Assembly (NCBI GenBank): GCA_045837725.1
Contig: JBEWZL010000113.1
Span: 1 to 64,000, forward strand
Length of the DNA stretch: 64,000 nucleotides
Source of the DNA: Vermamoeba vermiformis
Lineage: Eukaryota
Reading direction: 5' to 3'
Shown: positions 40,436 through 53,500 of the stretch, one piece after another
Layout: every line of letters begins with the position of its first letter
Position numbering within the stretch: position 1 is the stretch's first letter
Program-made: the position numbers and the translations under genes
Notes under the pieces: model-generated
Seen by the model: only the letters and a program-made list of their open reading frames with translations
Databases searched by the model: none
What the model was told of the DNA's origin: nothing

Positions 40436-43400
40436 TTATCCAACGATGTTGCTGAAGGCGCTGCAGGTTTTTTGGCTCCAGGCCTCGGTGGAAGTTTCGG
40501 TCCGTTCAGCTGACCAACCGACGGATTTCTCAACATTGGAGGCTGTTTGTGTTGGCCCGGAGAGCCCGGAGAGCCCGGAGTTCGGTGACGCACCACCGCT
40601 CACCGCCATTGGTCGCTTTTTAGCTGGCGCAGCCAATCCCTTTGCGTTAGGACCGGGAGCCACGGGCTTTTCCAACGCGTGTCGCGTGCCAGCTGCAGCA
40701 GGGCGAGCAAGAACAGGAGCTATAAATAGACATTAATAATCACGTGTGATAAGAATAAGCGGCTAGATTACACGTACCACCATTCTCGCGAGGTGATGAA
40801 GGTGTCGCAAGGTTCACGTCGTGTCTGTGCGACTCTGGCGCTGAAATTCGTTTGTTGTAAGGAGGGGCTGATTGCGGGCCACTGCTCGGTCCGTCACGTG
40901 GTGAAGACGCCTTCGATGAGTCCGGTGAACCATTAGTGCTGTTGTTCGGTGAATTCTTCGTGCCACTGAGGTTCAGTTGTTGAGGCTTGATAGCGTCGCT
41001 CAACCGAGGTGCAGGGGTAGGACTTGAATTAGGCCCCGCGACAATTTGATTGGCATTGAGCTTAGGATCACTCGGACGTCTCGGGGCAGGAGTCGGTGAC
41101 GTTGGTGTCGAGCCATTGGGACTCGTAATCTGATTGTCGTTCAACTCGCCGCTACTTGGCTGCTTTCGCAACGTGCCACTATTAACAGCGTTGCCTTTAG
41201 AAGGGTCACTGGGCCTTCGCGGAGCTGGCACGGGCGCTGCATTCGCGTTAGGACTATTGGCTTGATTGGCGTTCATTTCCGCAACGCTCGGCTGTCTTCT
41301 CAAAGCACCACCAGACGTGCCTCGTGGCGTTGTTGGCGGCGTCGGTCTCGTCATTGGCGTTGGTGAGCCTTCGTCATGAGTGTTCGCGCTTGTTACTTGA
41401 CTGGACACATCAGCAACGCTCGGCTGTTTCCGCAAAGTGCCACCAGAAGTGCCGCGAGGTGTCGTCGGTGGCGTGGGTCTCGTCATGGGCGAGGACTCAC
41501 GGTCGTCCTTGTTCACTTGACTCGTGTTCAGCGCTGGGTCACTAGGCTTCTTCGTGACTTGGCCCGTGTTCAATGAGGGGTCACTGGCCTTCTTAGTGAT
41601 CTGGCCCTCGTTCAGAGCAGGATCGCTCGGTTTCTTCGTGATACTCGGCGAGGTCTGTTCTTCCGTAGGGTGATTTGGCGACAAGGGCGGTGATTTAATG
41701 TTAGGTTTTGAGGCATTTCTAACTATTGTCGGCGGGGCAGTAACGCTATTAGCGGCATTTCTAGGGGACTCTTGGGTCGGGCTGGCGCTATTATTGGTGT
41801 TGTTGTTATTGCTACTATTGTACAAAGCGGGGTTTGGCGCTAATGAAGGGCTCGGCATGCGTCTATCTGGAACGCCTGTTGAGCGGCTATTTGGACTTGT
41901 CGGCCTTAATGTTTCATATGGTCGTTTTATTCCTACAATTTTGAATCAATATTGGAGCATTATTAAGCTGAAAACATTTTCCGAAGAAATCTTTCGGAGA
42001 AAATTAAGATTTTGGATTAGAGACCATGCCGCAATAACTTACCTGCTTTCATATTCTCGCGTTGCACGAATTTATGTAGATCAGCTGGATTAACCATAAC
42101 AGAAGCTCTCAGCGACAATTTTTCAAATAGAAGTCCGGCTTCGTTGTCTTCTTCTTTTACCGGCGGTTTTAACGTGACACTCATAGCGCCACTTGTAGTA
42201 TTTGTTTGGTTCTTGCCTTCAGCGGATGACTCTGAGACTGATTCCTCACTAGACCAAAAAAGTTAGACAGATCCGTATCAATTAATATCCTTAAAATATT
42301 TTCGGGCTGTCGCTCGTAAAAAAGTGTTATTGTTATCGCTTATGGTTATTTTTATATAAAGAATCGACTTACTTGATTGACGGAGGTCGATCTGATTTAT
42401 CTTTGTCTTTCTTGTCCTTATCCTTGTCTTTATGAGTTCCTGATGTCCTCTTCTTAGAGCCCTTATGACTACCTGATTTTCTTGAATTCTTCGGCGAGGA
42501 ATTATTGGAATTGGAATTATTGGCTGGAACATTTGGCGACGCGGGTCCTGGAGAATTCAGCGGTGTACCTGATTCGCTAGCTGAATCAGATTTCAAAAGT
42601 TCAATAGGTATTCTACTATCTTCTCTTTGTATATTATCCATCCTTTCATCTGCAACGAAATATTAGATCCAAGATCAAGATGCGAATCCGCAGAAAAATT
42701 TGCTCGAACGGTATGCTAATGACGATAATATGATTATACGTACTCATCTTATTATTATAATCTGCAATTGTTTCCACTAACGAGACAATCCAACTGGCCT
42801 TTTCTTCGAGACTTTTTGATTGAAAATACAACATTTTTCGTTGCGGGCTAATGCACAGCTGGAAAAAATGTCCGTTGACTGTAATTGCATTATATTAAGG
42901 ATAATAATGCATAAAATAATATTAAGATAATTTTTAAAATTAATTGGCAGGTGTCAAGATCGTTTTGAGAATGGTCGAAAAAACGGATCTGGTCCTTCAA
43001 CCAATTAACGTAAACCAATATCGTTAAATAAGGATACGATCATCGCTCTCGGGTATATCGAGCACTGATACTGCATGAAGACTAGCGACAATTTTGACTT
43101 TCAATTTTTTGGATCCAAGTTTGAACGCACTCGCGAATGAATTGCCTTGCTGTGCAAACACCAAGATATCGTTGAACAAAAAGAATGTGATCTGTAATAG
43201 TGCTTGGTAAGTACATGAACTATATACCATTGCGAGTTCTTACCTCTTTTTTACGGTGTTTTTCTATTCGTGTAAAACTGGCCTCTCGAATAAATTTTCG
43301 GTGCGGAGCCACCAAATTCTACGATAAAGTAAGCATAATTAGCCTTATATTTCGCATATATATGCACATATATGATAATATTATCGTATTAACATACGTC

Positions 43401-44946
43401 AGGAGGGTTACTCAATCGATTTTCAATTGCCACGATTTTGTTCATTCGTTCGTGTTCTTCAATGTCTTTATTAACTTCATCAGCAACCTAAATATATTAT
43501 TAATATCGTATGATAAGCTATTAATATAGTAAAGATAGCGTGGCAAATGGTGCACGTACTTCAACAATTGCTTGCAAAGCCTCTTTGATATTTCCATAGT
43601 CCATATTTGTAGAAGGCGTTTGTTTGATTAATTCTTCTAATAATAAGCGATATCGCGGAATCCTAATATTTTAACGATTAATTAATGATAAATATAGCTA
43701 TATTTTTTTTGTTTGGATCCTTTGCAAGCTAAAATTGTCTAAAAAAATAAATCATGATGAAATTACAGTGCAATTTTGCAATCATAATACAAGGATCAAA
43801 TAGATGCACAATGAATAAAAAATAAACGACATGACGCATGACGTTCGCAACTTTGTTGAATTGTTACCTTTGTACTGGCATAATTAGTAAATCTCTTAAT
43901 TGCATGTGTTCTTTATGCTTGGTTCGTTGGGTCTAAAATAGCCGTTAGTCATAGATACGAAAAAGATTCGTTAAAATGATGTAATAGCAATTTCTAGATC
44001 TAGATCAGGAATTAATTGCTAAAAAAATATCGAATGTATTCATATAGAGCACATCCTCGAGTTTGGATCGTAATTTCTTCTCCTAACTGAAATTGAATCC
44101 AGATCCAAAAAAAAATGAAATTTTTGACAACCGTGAGTTACTCTTATTATTCCTACCTCCATAAAGTTTTTAAAGTCCTTATGCTTGGCCTGTAGCTTCA
44201 ATAATAAAGCTTGACTATGATCATAATTGCGAAGATACTCTGCATACATTTTGAAATACGGAGTCTGCATAAAATTAGGTTAATTTACCGCGGCTAATTT
44301 TGACGATCGAATGAACATTCGAAATTTAAAATTTCCGATCTAAATTTACATTTCAAATTCAAATTTTATCGGATCCAAAAAAAAACCTATTATGGAAAGC
44401 AATGTAGAAGAGAGCGAATTCCAAAATTATTGGCAAGCTCTACTGCGAGCTTGCCTTTGCTAAAGTATAGTAAATACATACCATCTTCACAAAAATATCG
44501 CCCAGTTGAAAGGATGCACGTTTATTGTTCATCCGTGTCCTAAGTTGAGCTGAGAGTTCATAATTGAATTGATAGATAATCTCCACGTTTGCAAATAGTA
44601 CTTTGATGTCATCTGCGCTTAATACTTGTTCAGGCGTTCCAACGAGGGCTCGGATTGGCAATATAAAGATCTGATCAAAAATTAATAACTGTAGGTGTCA
44701 AAAAAATCCTATAATAGTGCAGCACGATAATACACTCCAAATAGCCATCATAGGCGGTTGAAACAAAATTCTAGGATGAATTCTCGTTGTTGCGTGTAAA
44801 AGTGCCATAAAATTGAGATTGGCAGTGATTAACCATTTACATGATGATTGAATTATTACCTTCACCAATCGCTCTAAAAAATTAACATAACTCTGCTCTG
44901 TTTTGACAATTTCTTCAAGCACTTCAAACCGTCTTGAAAAATCCAT
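40436..44946 (-). CDS. RhoGEF (DH-PH) with long Pro/Ser-rich repetitive C-terminus
   Basis: DH motifs EEIVKTEQSYVNFL, LFANVEII, YAEYLRNYD, LLIMPVQRIPRYRLLLEELIK; PH motifs FFLFNDILVFA, EEKASWI; low-complexity tail. Confidence 0.88.
41060..41640 (-). repeat. Intragenic coding repeats in the RhoGEF tail
   Basis: KK(P/A)SDP(A/S)LN x3; PMTRPTPPTTPRGTSGG(T/A)LR(K/R)QPSVA x2; PAPRRPSDP x2. Confidence 0.75.
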
Positions 44947-45400
44947 AGTTGGATGTCGATATCTACACAAAGAGATAAATATCGACCAGTAGGCCTGTAT
45001 ACGTTGAGTATAGGGCCTTGTTAATTATATGATGTGTTGTTGCTTCAACTGGGTTGTGCACAAAAAAATCTTGAAGCGCGAAATTATGAAGTCCATGCCA
45101 AACTGCTTGTCAAATTCATCAATCAGTTTCGGTCTGAAAAAACAATTAGCGCAATATCATAGTTAATATACCCCTTAAATTACAACAAATCCCAGCGAAA
45201 TCGAACATTGCCTACATCTCAGAAAAATTGAGGAACTAATTTGAATTGCAGAGAATGCACGCGTTGCGATAAGCGTACATTGGCGATGTATAATGCTAAT
45301 GTCAACTATTAAAATTCTTTTTTCTAACGGTCTAAGTCTTTTGCTCGCGTCTTTTTGTTTTTTATTCAATTTCTCTAGTGAGCGCAACAACAACGCAAAA

Positions 45401-47328
45401 ATGTCCTCAGACGACGAATATGATATGATGTACGACTCTGAAGGAGACGCTGATATTGGCGGCTCTGACAACGGATCTGAACAGAGTGGAAGTGAGGATG
45501 AAGATCCTGAGGTTGAAGTTGAAAACAAATACTTCGAAGCCAAGGGTTAGTATTTGTGGATAAATAATTATAGTGCACGTAGTAACGACGCGTTATTATT
45601 TTAGAATTGGCTGAGGAGGACCCTAGAGAAGGTTTGACCGCCTTTGAGGAAGTTTTAGATTTAGCTTCAAAATTGAAGAAAAAAGATGATGAAGAGAAAA
45701 ACTGGTTAGTATTAATTTTTAGAATTATATTTGTATCGATTCACCGATATTCTAATTTTATTAGCAACTTTATTGTCGAATGCTAATAATTTTTGGTATT
45801 GCAGGGGATTTAAGGCCTTGAAGAGAATTATTAAGCTCAATCACCAACTCAAAAAGCATGATAAAGTTAAGGAAAAATATCAACGCATGTTGAAGGACTT
45901 TAGCGCTGTTTTGGTCTCTCAAGAAAAAGCCCTTAACAATTTATTGGATGCTATTGCAGAATCACCCCACATTAAAGATTTATATGATTTGACACTCGAG
46001 TCATTCGAAAAGAACGGAAATAAGGTAAATTTATTTAAAATAAGATTGTCTGTCAATTTAAATTATTTTTCAAATCTATGGTCTTTATTGCTTAACCAAC
46101 AATTTTTTCGCATTTATGCAAACGACAATTATTAACGACATATTTTCATATTTTTAGAAAGCATGCTTGCGTTTGGAGCTTCGTCTCACCAAGGTCTTGG
46201 CTCAAAAGAAGGATTTCGTTACTCTCGAAAAGGTACGTTCAAAATTCTTTTAATCAAACCAGCTTATTAACCTCTATATATAAAGAAATTGCGCAAAATG
46301 CACGCTGAATGCCAACTTCCTGACGGCCGCGACGATCCCAGCAAAGGCAATCAGCTGATGGAGATCTATGCTATGGAAATCTCTATGCACTCTGCTCGTG
46401 CTAACTACAGAAAATTAAAGGAGCTCTATGAAAAGGCTCTTCAAATCAAGGGTCTCTGTAACCCCAAGATCTCGGGTATCATCCACGAATGCGGTGGCAA
46501 GATGCACATGCGGTAAGTTCCAAGCGCTTTTTATACTACAGAAACAATAATTCAAAAGTATTTTGCGCTGTTTTATTATGTAGAAGCGATTCTAATGATT
46601 TATTCAATTTAGTGAGCGTAACTGGGTTAACGCCAACACTGATTTCTTCGAGGCTTTCAAGAACTACGACGACGCTGGTGCTCGCTCTGACAGCGTCAAG
46701 TGCTTGAAGTAAGTAGTAGCCGGCAATGTGATTATAAGGGTACCTTTGTCTAACCTATCAATTAATTAGGTACTTAGTATTGGCTAACATGTTGAGCGGA
46801 TCCAAGATCAATCCTTTCGACGAACAACGAGCCAAGTCGTACCAAAACAATAAGGACATTCGCGCTATGATTGACCTCATCGACGCCTACCAACGACACG
46901 TGATCAAGGCCTTCGAGAAGGTGTTGAAGGAGAACAAGGAAGCTATTTTGGGTGACGAGTTCATTGCGGACTACATCCAAGATCTGATGAAATCTTTGCG
47001 CTCTGAAGTGTTGTTGGAGCTTATCCAGCCTTACACCAACATCAGCTTGCCGTTCATTTCCAAGGAGTTGAATATTACGCCTAAGGAAGTCGAGGACTTG
47101 TTGGTCGAGTTGATTCTTGACAACAAGATCCGCGGTCACATTGATCAAGTCAACCAAATGCTCTTGTTGTCTGCTACTAAGTACGTATTCACAGTGCCTA
47201 GTACTATCAATATATATATTAATCTACGGTCTCGTAGGTCTTCTTCGTACTGGAAATACAGATCGATCCAGAAGTGGACCGACAACTTGACGTCATTGGA
47301 GAAGACTATTTTGGGTCGCGTCAACTAA
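45401..47328 (+). CDS. CSN2: COP9 signalosome subunit 2 (PCI domain)
   Basis: VENKYFEAK, WGFKALK, GNQLMEIYAMEI, GIIHECGGKMH, DFFEAFKNYDDAG, CLKYLVLANML, INPFD, GHIDQVNQML. Confidence 0.9.
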
Positions 47329-47651
47329 AGTTACTTCATGCCGCGCACGAGCTCAATAATAGTAACATTTAAATGTAATTAAGACGTTGCTTAACCGATC
47401 CCAAAAAATTGTACATCTGGCCGAGTTGAATTTTAGTTGTATTGATTCATGCTTATGGTTTTAAAATAAAGGTACGGTTATTGTAAGTGTTTGTATCAAG
47501 CAGTTTTTGGGCTGGAATTTACACATAAGAAAGAGCCGGGATCCACATTTTCTCAACTAAGCGCACTGTTGAAGAGCAAACTTGACTCCTTAATATTATT
47601 TTAAGAACAGTATTGTAATTTTGCGGATCCGATCTAAACCGAAATTCAACT

Positions 47652-48155
47652 ATGGAAACAGAAGGAGTGCAGGTTAGACAGCTCGTACCGGATGACTTTG
47701 AGATCTGGAAAGAAATACGATTAGAAGGTGTTAAAAATCATCCAACGTCTTTTGGAGGATCTTTTGAAGAGGAAAGTCTTCGATCGGACGAGAAATGGCG
47801 ATCCTCCTTGCTTGCCTCGAATATCTTTGGCGCATTTATTCAAGAAAAAATTGTAGGATGCTTAGGATATTATATTTGTGACGGACAAAAGATGAAACAC
47901 CGCGGAAACGTTTTTGGAATGTACATCCGGCCAGAAGCTCGCGGAAAAGGCGTTGGAAAGATTTTGATGAACTACGTACACGATCACGCGAAAGATTGTG
48001 TGATGCAATTACATTTAACTGTATTGACAACTAACTACGCTGCAATTAACTTGTATTTGAAGTGCGGATTCGTGATCTACGGAACAGAACCTCGTAGTTT
48101 AAAGGTGGATGGCTTATTTTACGATGAATATATGATGGTCCTGTACATAAAGTAG
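47652..48155 (+). CDS. GNAT-family N-acetyltransferase, intronless, bacterial-like
   Basis: Motif A GMYIRPEARGKGVGKILM and motif B NYAAINLYLKCGFVIYGTE in a single 167-aa ORF. Confidence 0.88.
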   Translation: METEGVQVRQLVPDDFEIWKEIRLEGVKNHPTSFGGSFEEESLRSDEKWRSSLLASNIFGAFIQEKIVGCLGYYICDGQKMKHRGNVFGMYIRPEARGKGVGKILMNYVHDHAKDCVMQLHLTVLTTNYAAINLYLKCGFVIYGTEPRSLKVDGLFYDEYMMVLYIK

Positions 48156-50503
48156 CAATTTGACTCGAATAAATTGCATTCATGCAAAATCACTTCTGAC
48201 ACTGGCAGAGAGCGGCAGAACGAGATTATTGTTCGAAATTGAGACAAGTCGTTTCCATAATATTTTTGTAAATTTTAATGGCTAACACAAGTTTGGTACA
48301 CTTTCAATATTAAAATTAAATAAAGCCGCAGTTCACGTTTGGCTTCTGTTATAAACGGTGCCCCAGCAACCTTTCTTCGGCAACAAAACAGGCAGATGTT
48401 TTGCATAGCCTGCAGGTTGGGTTATTCTACGACAATTAGTTATGTCAGATCTACGGTTTTTTCATGCACCTACTTTAATTCGATACCCATAGACGACATC
48501 GGGCTTAATATCAGCGTTCCATTAGGTCTTCAAACAATACATCGCAGAATGAAGGCCTAATCGCAAGAATCAAAGTAAGTACCAGAAACAAATCCAAGCA
48601 GAAAAACCTACTTATTCAACTTCTCTGTAACGTTCTTTGGCTCAGGGATGGCCTGACCTTTTTGTAATCGTTTTTAAAATCGGTCTCCTTCTTCTTAGTT
48701 ACCGAGGGACGATTTGTTGTTTTTTTCGATGGTTAGCTCAATTGCCTTAAAAGCGTTGTAGAGCTGCAGAAAATTAATAGGTGCTCCAATTTAGCAAAAA
48801 ATAATTTTACCGCATCGATATCTTCGGTGGTAGAAGTGTACTGAAGCAGATCTACTGCTTCTCTCTTGATCGAAAGTTTTATTAGTTAACTTGCGTAAAG
48901 TTAAATATTGCTTACATGTAGTGACTATCAGGAGGTTCATCAAGAGCCACTGGGCTTGAGCGGTGTAATCTTTTCCAGCACATGCCACAAAAGTTGCCAG
49001 GATAATGAGTACTATCCGGGATTGCAGCGACTTCCAAAATTAAATGCATAGAATTCCTGTTAAATACGTTAGATTTTCTGATAACTCTGATCCAGTTGCT
49101 TACCCAAAATTGACAAAATTGAATGACAATGCTGCCATGAACATGAAGAAAGGTGCTTCATTTTCTCTCTTTTGGTCGCTAGAGTTGTTTTTGAGCAACT
49201 GTAGAGAAGTAGAATGTTTGCCTTACTTTTAGTCCAATTATTGTGGTCCCTGGGAGGCCAAGGTGTCGATCAACTTTCCTGTAGACCGAGGTTTAGTCTT
49301 CTTAATGAAGTAGACTCGGTCTGTTAGTTGATGGTATCCCGAGATGAAACCTATGACTAATTTAGTACGGAACAATTGACCAACTTATCGAGAGACAACC
49401 ACTTACGTTGATTACTTTCTTTGAACTTGCATCGATTTCATACAAGACCTGCGATGGATTCAGGTCGTTGTGGATTTGAATGGGATTTCGTCCTAGAACC
49501 GAGCGGGGCAACTGGGCGAACAGGCATAGCATTGGCTTAACCCCAGAAACAATCATTTGCTGAGCTTTAGCAAGTGGACTCAAGCTATCATAATATTATG
49601 CGATGCCTTTTAGCAGTGGTTAGCGGAGAAATAGAACAACATCTGACTTCGACACGAGTGACGGATTGAGTTTGAACGCGCGACCTCAGTGGATTTAATT
49701 GAAAAGAGGACAAATAGAATTTAAAAGAGGGTAAGGCGCCTCGAAACGATTTGATGGACGGAAGTCAGGCAAAGAGCTCGAGAGATTTGGCGGATGTCGA
49801 AAATCGAAGAAGACAATAAAAGATTTGCTCGAATCAATCGGTAAGCCGGTATATGGTCAATTTCAATGAACGAGAAGTAATTTGTAATGCCTAAAAGCAG
49901 GCCGACGAGCAGATTTGACAAAAAGAAAAATCGAAATTTGGCTTACTTTAATTTTTAAAATTGAAAAAACCGTAAAACTTGTATGTGTAGCAGTATTAAA
50001 ATGTACTAATATTGTTTAAGTAATATTTAAAAACATACCAAGCGAGACTTGCGTCCGGATCTCCAGCTCGATCTTCGTTACAACGGAGCCAGGCGGAGAA
50101 GAAGCCTTACTGTCGAAGAATATGTAGATGCATGCACAAAGCAGTCGTTATTGAAGCTTGTCGATGAGTTGTGGTGTTGCGCTGATGTAACGAAGAGAAT
50201 AAAAAATCTCCAAACTCGGTTTGTTTTTCTGTTACAAAACGAACATCACTTTGTTTGTAGCTAAAAATGGCGATTTTAAGTCTTTACGCGATGATATTTG
50301 GCCTTTACGCGACTTCAGGAGCTAAGCCGAAGTGCTCTCTGAGCGTAATCGGTGCCACGGAGTTGAAACTGAAGCGATATTCAAATCTGAAGCCCATTAA
50401 AAGTCTAACAAACAATAAGAAATCGCGATTATTACTAAATTAACTTTATGTACAATCAATATTTATAAATGCAAAAATAGGAAGCAAAAGACCGACTTCC
50501 TTG

Positions 50504-53500
50504 TTACGACTTTGAATTTGGCGTGGTGGATTCGCGCACCGAATTATTTTTCTGTGGTGTTCCAGGCAATGACTGCGACGCCGAATGGTGATGGTGGTGG
50601 GCACTATCAATAGCTTGGGCACTGAATTGTGGTTGCGATTGAGATCCGCTCGGATGTAGTTGGTTCTTTAAGCCACCAGTGTGCTGGTCCATATTAGCGC
50701 TGCCACGCTTCAACCTTTGAATGGCGACTAAGAGCAGCTTGGCAGTATTGCGCACGTTGACTTTTTCGTTTTGGTTCTCGTGGATCTTGCGCACAATAGG
50801 GTAGATCTCCTCTGCGATAACGAGCTGATTGGCGTGGTGCAAGAACAAGTTGGAGACCAATTTGAGAATATTGACCTTTGAAAAGGCGTCGTTGTTGGGC
50901 ACAAACTTCAAATAATGGTTCAATAACAGCTGCATCAGCTTGGCCTCGCTGAACGCTCTGTTGAGATCCACTGACGCCGAGACGAGCGACATAATAGGTT
51001 CCAAAATACTGTATACGGCAGCTATATAGTATTATAACATTAATATTAGGTTCAGCAGGAGAAGAAAATTCGTGGAAACTTGGATGTGGCCAAGAAATAT
51101 TTTTGGTCGTACCTCCAGCGAAGGGTTGCTCGGCAAATTTGAACACTTCCATAATCTTTTTGATGTTTTGCGAGATCTTAATAACATTCTCGACCTTTTC
51201 AGGTTCAAATCCGAACCAGTCTGAAATGGCCACAAGAGCGTCGACAAAATAGTGTGGATCCTTCAACAACGTCAAGAAGAAATCTGCACATGAAATAGTA
51301 TTAGTACCACTAATGAATATAAATCGTTATTTTTAATGACGTACCAAGTCCCTTGTGTTTCCACAATAACTCGCGGCACTTCTCCGAAGCCTTAGGCAAA
51401 CAGAACAGCAACGGCAAGGCAAACTCCTTGAGAATAGGACGAGTCTAAATAACAAACAAATCTTATTAGTGATGCTGTTATGGAATAAAAGCCTGTTGTT
51501 CGATTCGATCGAACGTCATCGTCTATTTGTTCGAAAAAAGTTTCTCGCTAAACGATGGATCTGGACCACGCTGCTCCGCAGCTATGGTCACGTGGAGTAT
51601 TCCAAATATGGTAAATATGTAGCACTCCCCAATGACATGATAACCACGGAAGATAACTACAAAACCAGTTTTTGGAAGAAGTATAAATTTGTCGTAAACA
51701 CCGGACCAGGCAACAAAAAATTTGACAGCAATGTTAGGAATAGACTTACCTTGACGAGGTGCATCAAGGGCGGGATGGCGCCAGCAACAGCAGCACGTTC
51801 TTGCGACTGCGGGTTCAATTGCAACAAATAGAACAAGCTGTTGAGTGCAATGTTGTGAATCATTTCGAGCTTTTCAGCCTTTTGTTCTTCCAACAGCGCA
51901 GTCAGCACTTCAATGTAGCCGTTGTTGATGAGCAAGTTGCGCAGGTGCGAGTCATACGACAAGTTTTTGATCACGTGCAACAACTTCAACAGGGCCTCCG
52001 TCTTGATCACGTTGATGCGCAACAGTGATTTGATGGCTATTGGCAGGAATATATTAGATCGCGTTATTAATAAGTTCGTGTAATGTGATAATATTTCCTT
52101 AAAAGGAAACTACTTTTCACGTTGGCTTTAAACAAATTTTGAGTTGAAGAATAAAGATATTTTGGAATAGCGTTACTATAAATGGTAAACTGTTTCGAGA
52201 CTTACGTTGCAAGACATCGGTGGCACACATCTTCTCGGTGACTTGAGCATCGGACTTGGAGAAGAACAACAAAATTTTGACCACCGTTTGGACGTACGAA
52301 TCCGCTTCGGGATCCGCGGCTTGAACTTTAGCCAAATTGACCAAGACTACTGACAGCCGTGAGAGAAGGCCGCTCTTAACGAACAAGTAGCAAAACGCTC
52401 GTTTAGGCGTTGGTGTCTGTAATTCAAAAATGTTCCAGATCGCATCCAAAGAGTTATAGATCAGGTCTTTGAATTCACTGAAATCTGGTTCCAAGAAATC
52501 AACCAATGACGGCAAACCGCTATACATAACATAATTAATACTAGTAGCTATAATCTAATCATCTTATTGACGCATGAAAAGATAATGAAAAAATTTCTGA
52601 GTTTCCTTTTTTGGAAAATTATCACGTGACTTACCCGCAAGCGATGAACATTTGCAAAGTCAATGACTTGGTGTTGCACACTTCTTTCACGAACTGCGCG
52701 CATTGCAATCGCACCTCTTTGCAGTGCAAGTGCGAGCTATATTTGGTAATCAAAGGAATGCCGCCCAACAAGCAGATCGTGTCGCGCAACTTCTTGCTGG
52801 AGTTGACCACGGTGTTAATTAACTTCAGTGCGGCAATCGTGACCTTCTCGTTGTTGATCTCGAGCAGTTCTAACATGGGCATGATACCGTTGTTCGTTGC
52901 CAGCAAAAATAACTTGTCTTCAGGGTACTTCAATAGGACTTCGCACTATAAGAAAAAAACCACGGTTAGAACTAAAAATAGCACTTCGAAAATAAAATAA
53001 AATTACTTGTAAATCAAAAATAAGTCAGCTCGTTAAAAAGCAAAATTAGGCTTCCATTTATAAACCATGCGAATATTAATAAATTTAATAAAACCCAAGA
53101 TCTGACATCGTTTTGGAAAAAATTAAAAATGTTGCAATTTGTCGGTGACGTACCAATTCATCGCAAGCCTTAATCAGCTCGTCTTCGTTCGTTTCAGTTC
53201 TGATCTTGTTGACATTTGTGTTGAAATCACGTGTCAATTTCTCTTTAATTCTGTCCGTGATCGACTCGTTGTTCGCTGCAAGTTCAAAAAGTGGCGTATT
53301 AATATATAGTCCTATATATTAACCTTTAATATAGACGTACCTTTAGTATCGTAATCATCGGTAGTCTCTAATGAATCGGGAATTTCATTCTCATTAGACT
53401 GCAAATTTGTCGCTAATCGGAGTTGAAGTTTGTTCAGATCCATCGATTGGCTCGTAACTAATAAAACATCATATTAATAGCATAATAATATAGGAGGTAT

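Noticed and set aside
48264-50270. Exon-like fragments with splice signals on both strands
   Set aside because: I could not build a stop-free model or recognise a domain; possible pseudogene or small orphan genes.
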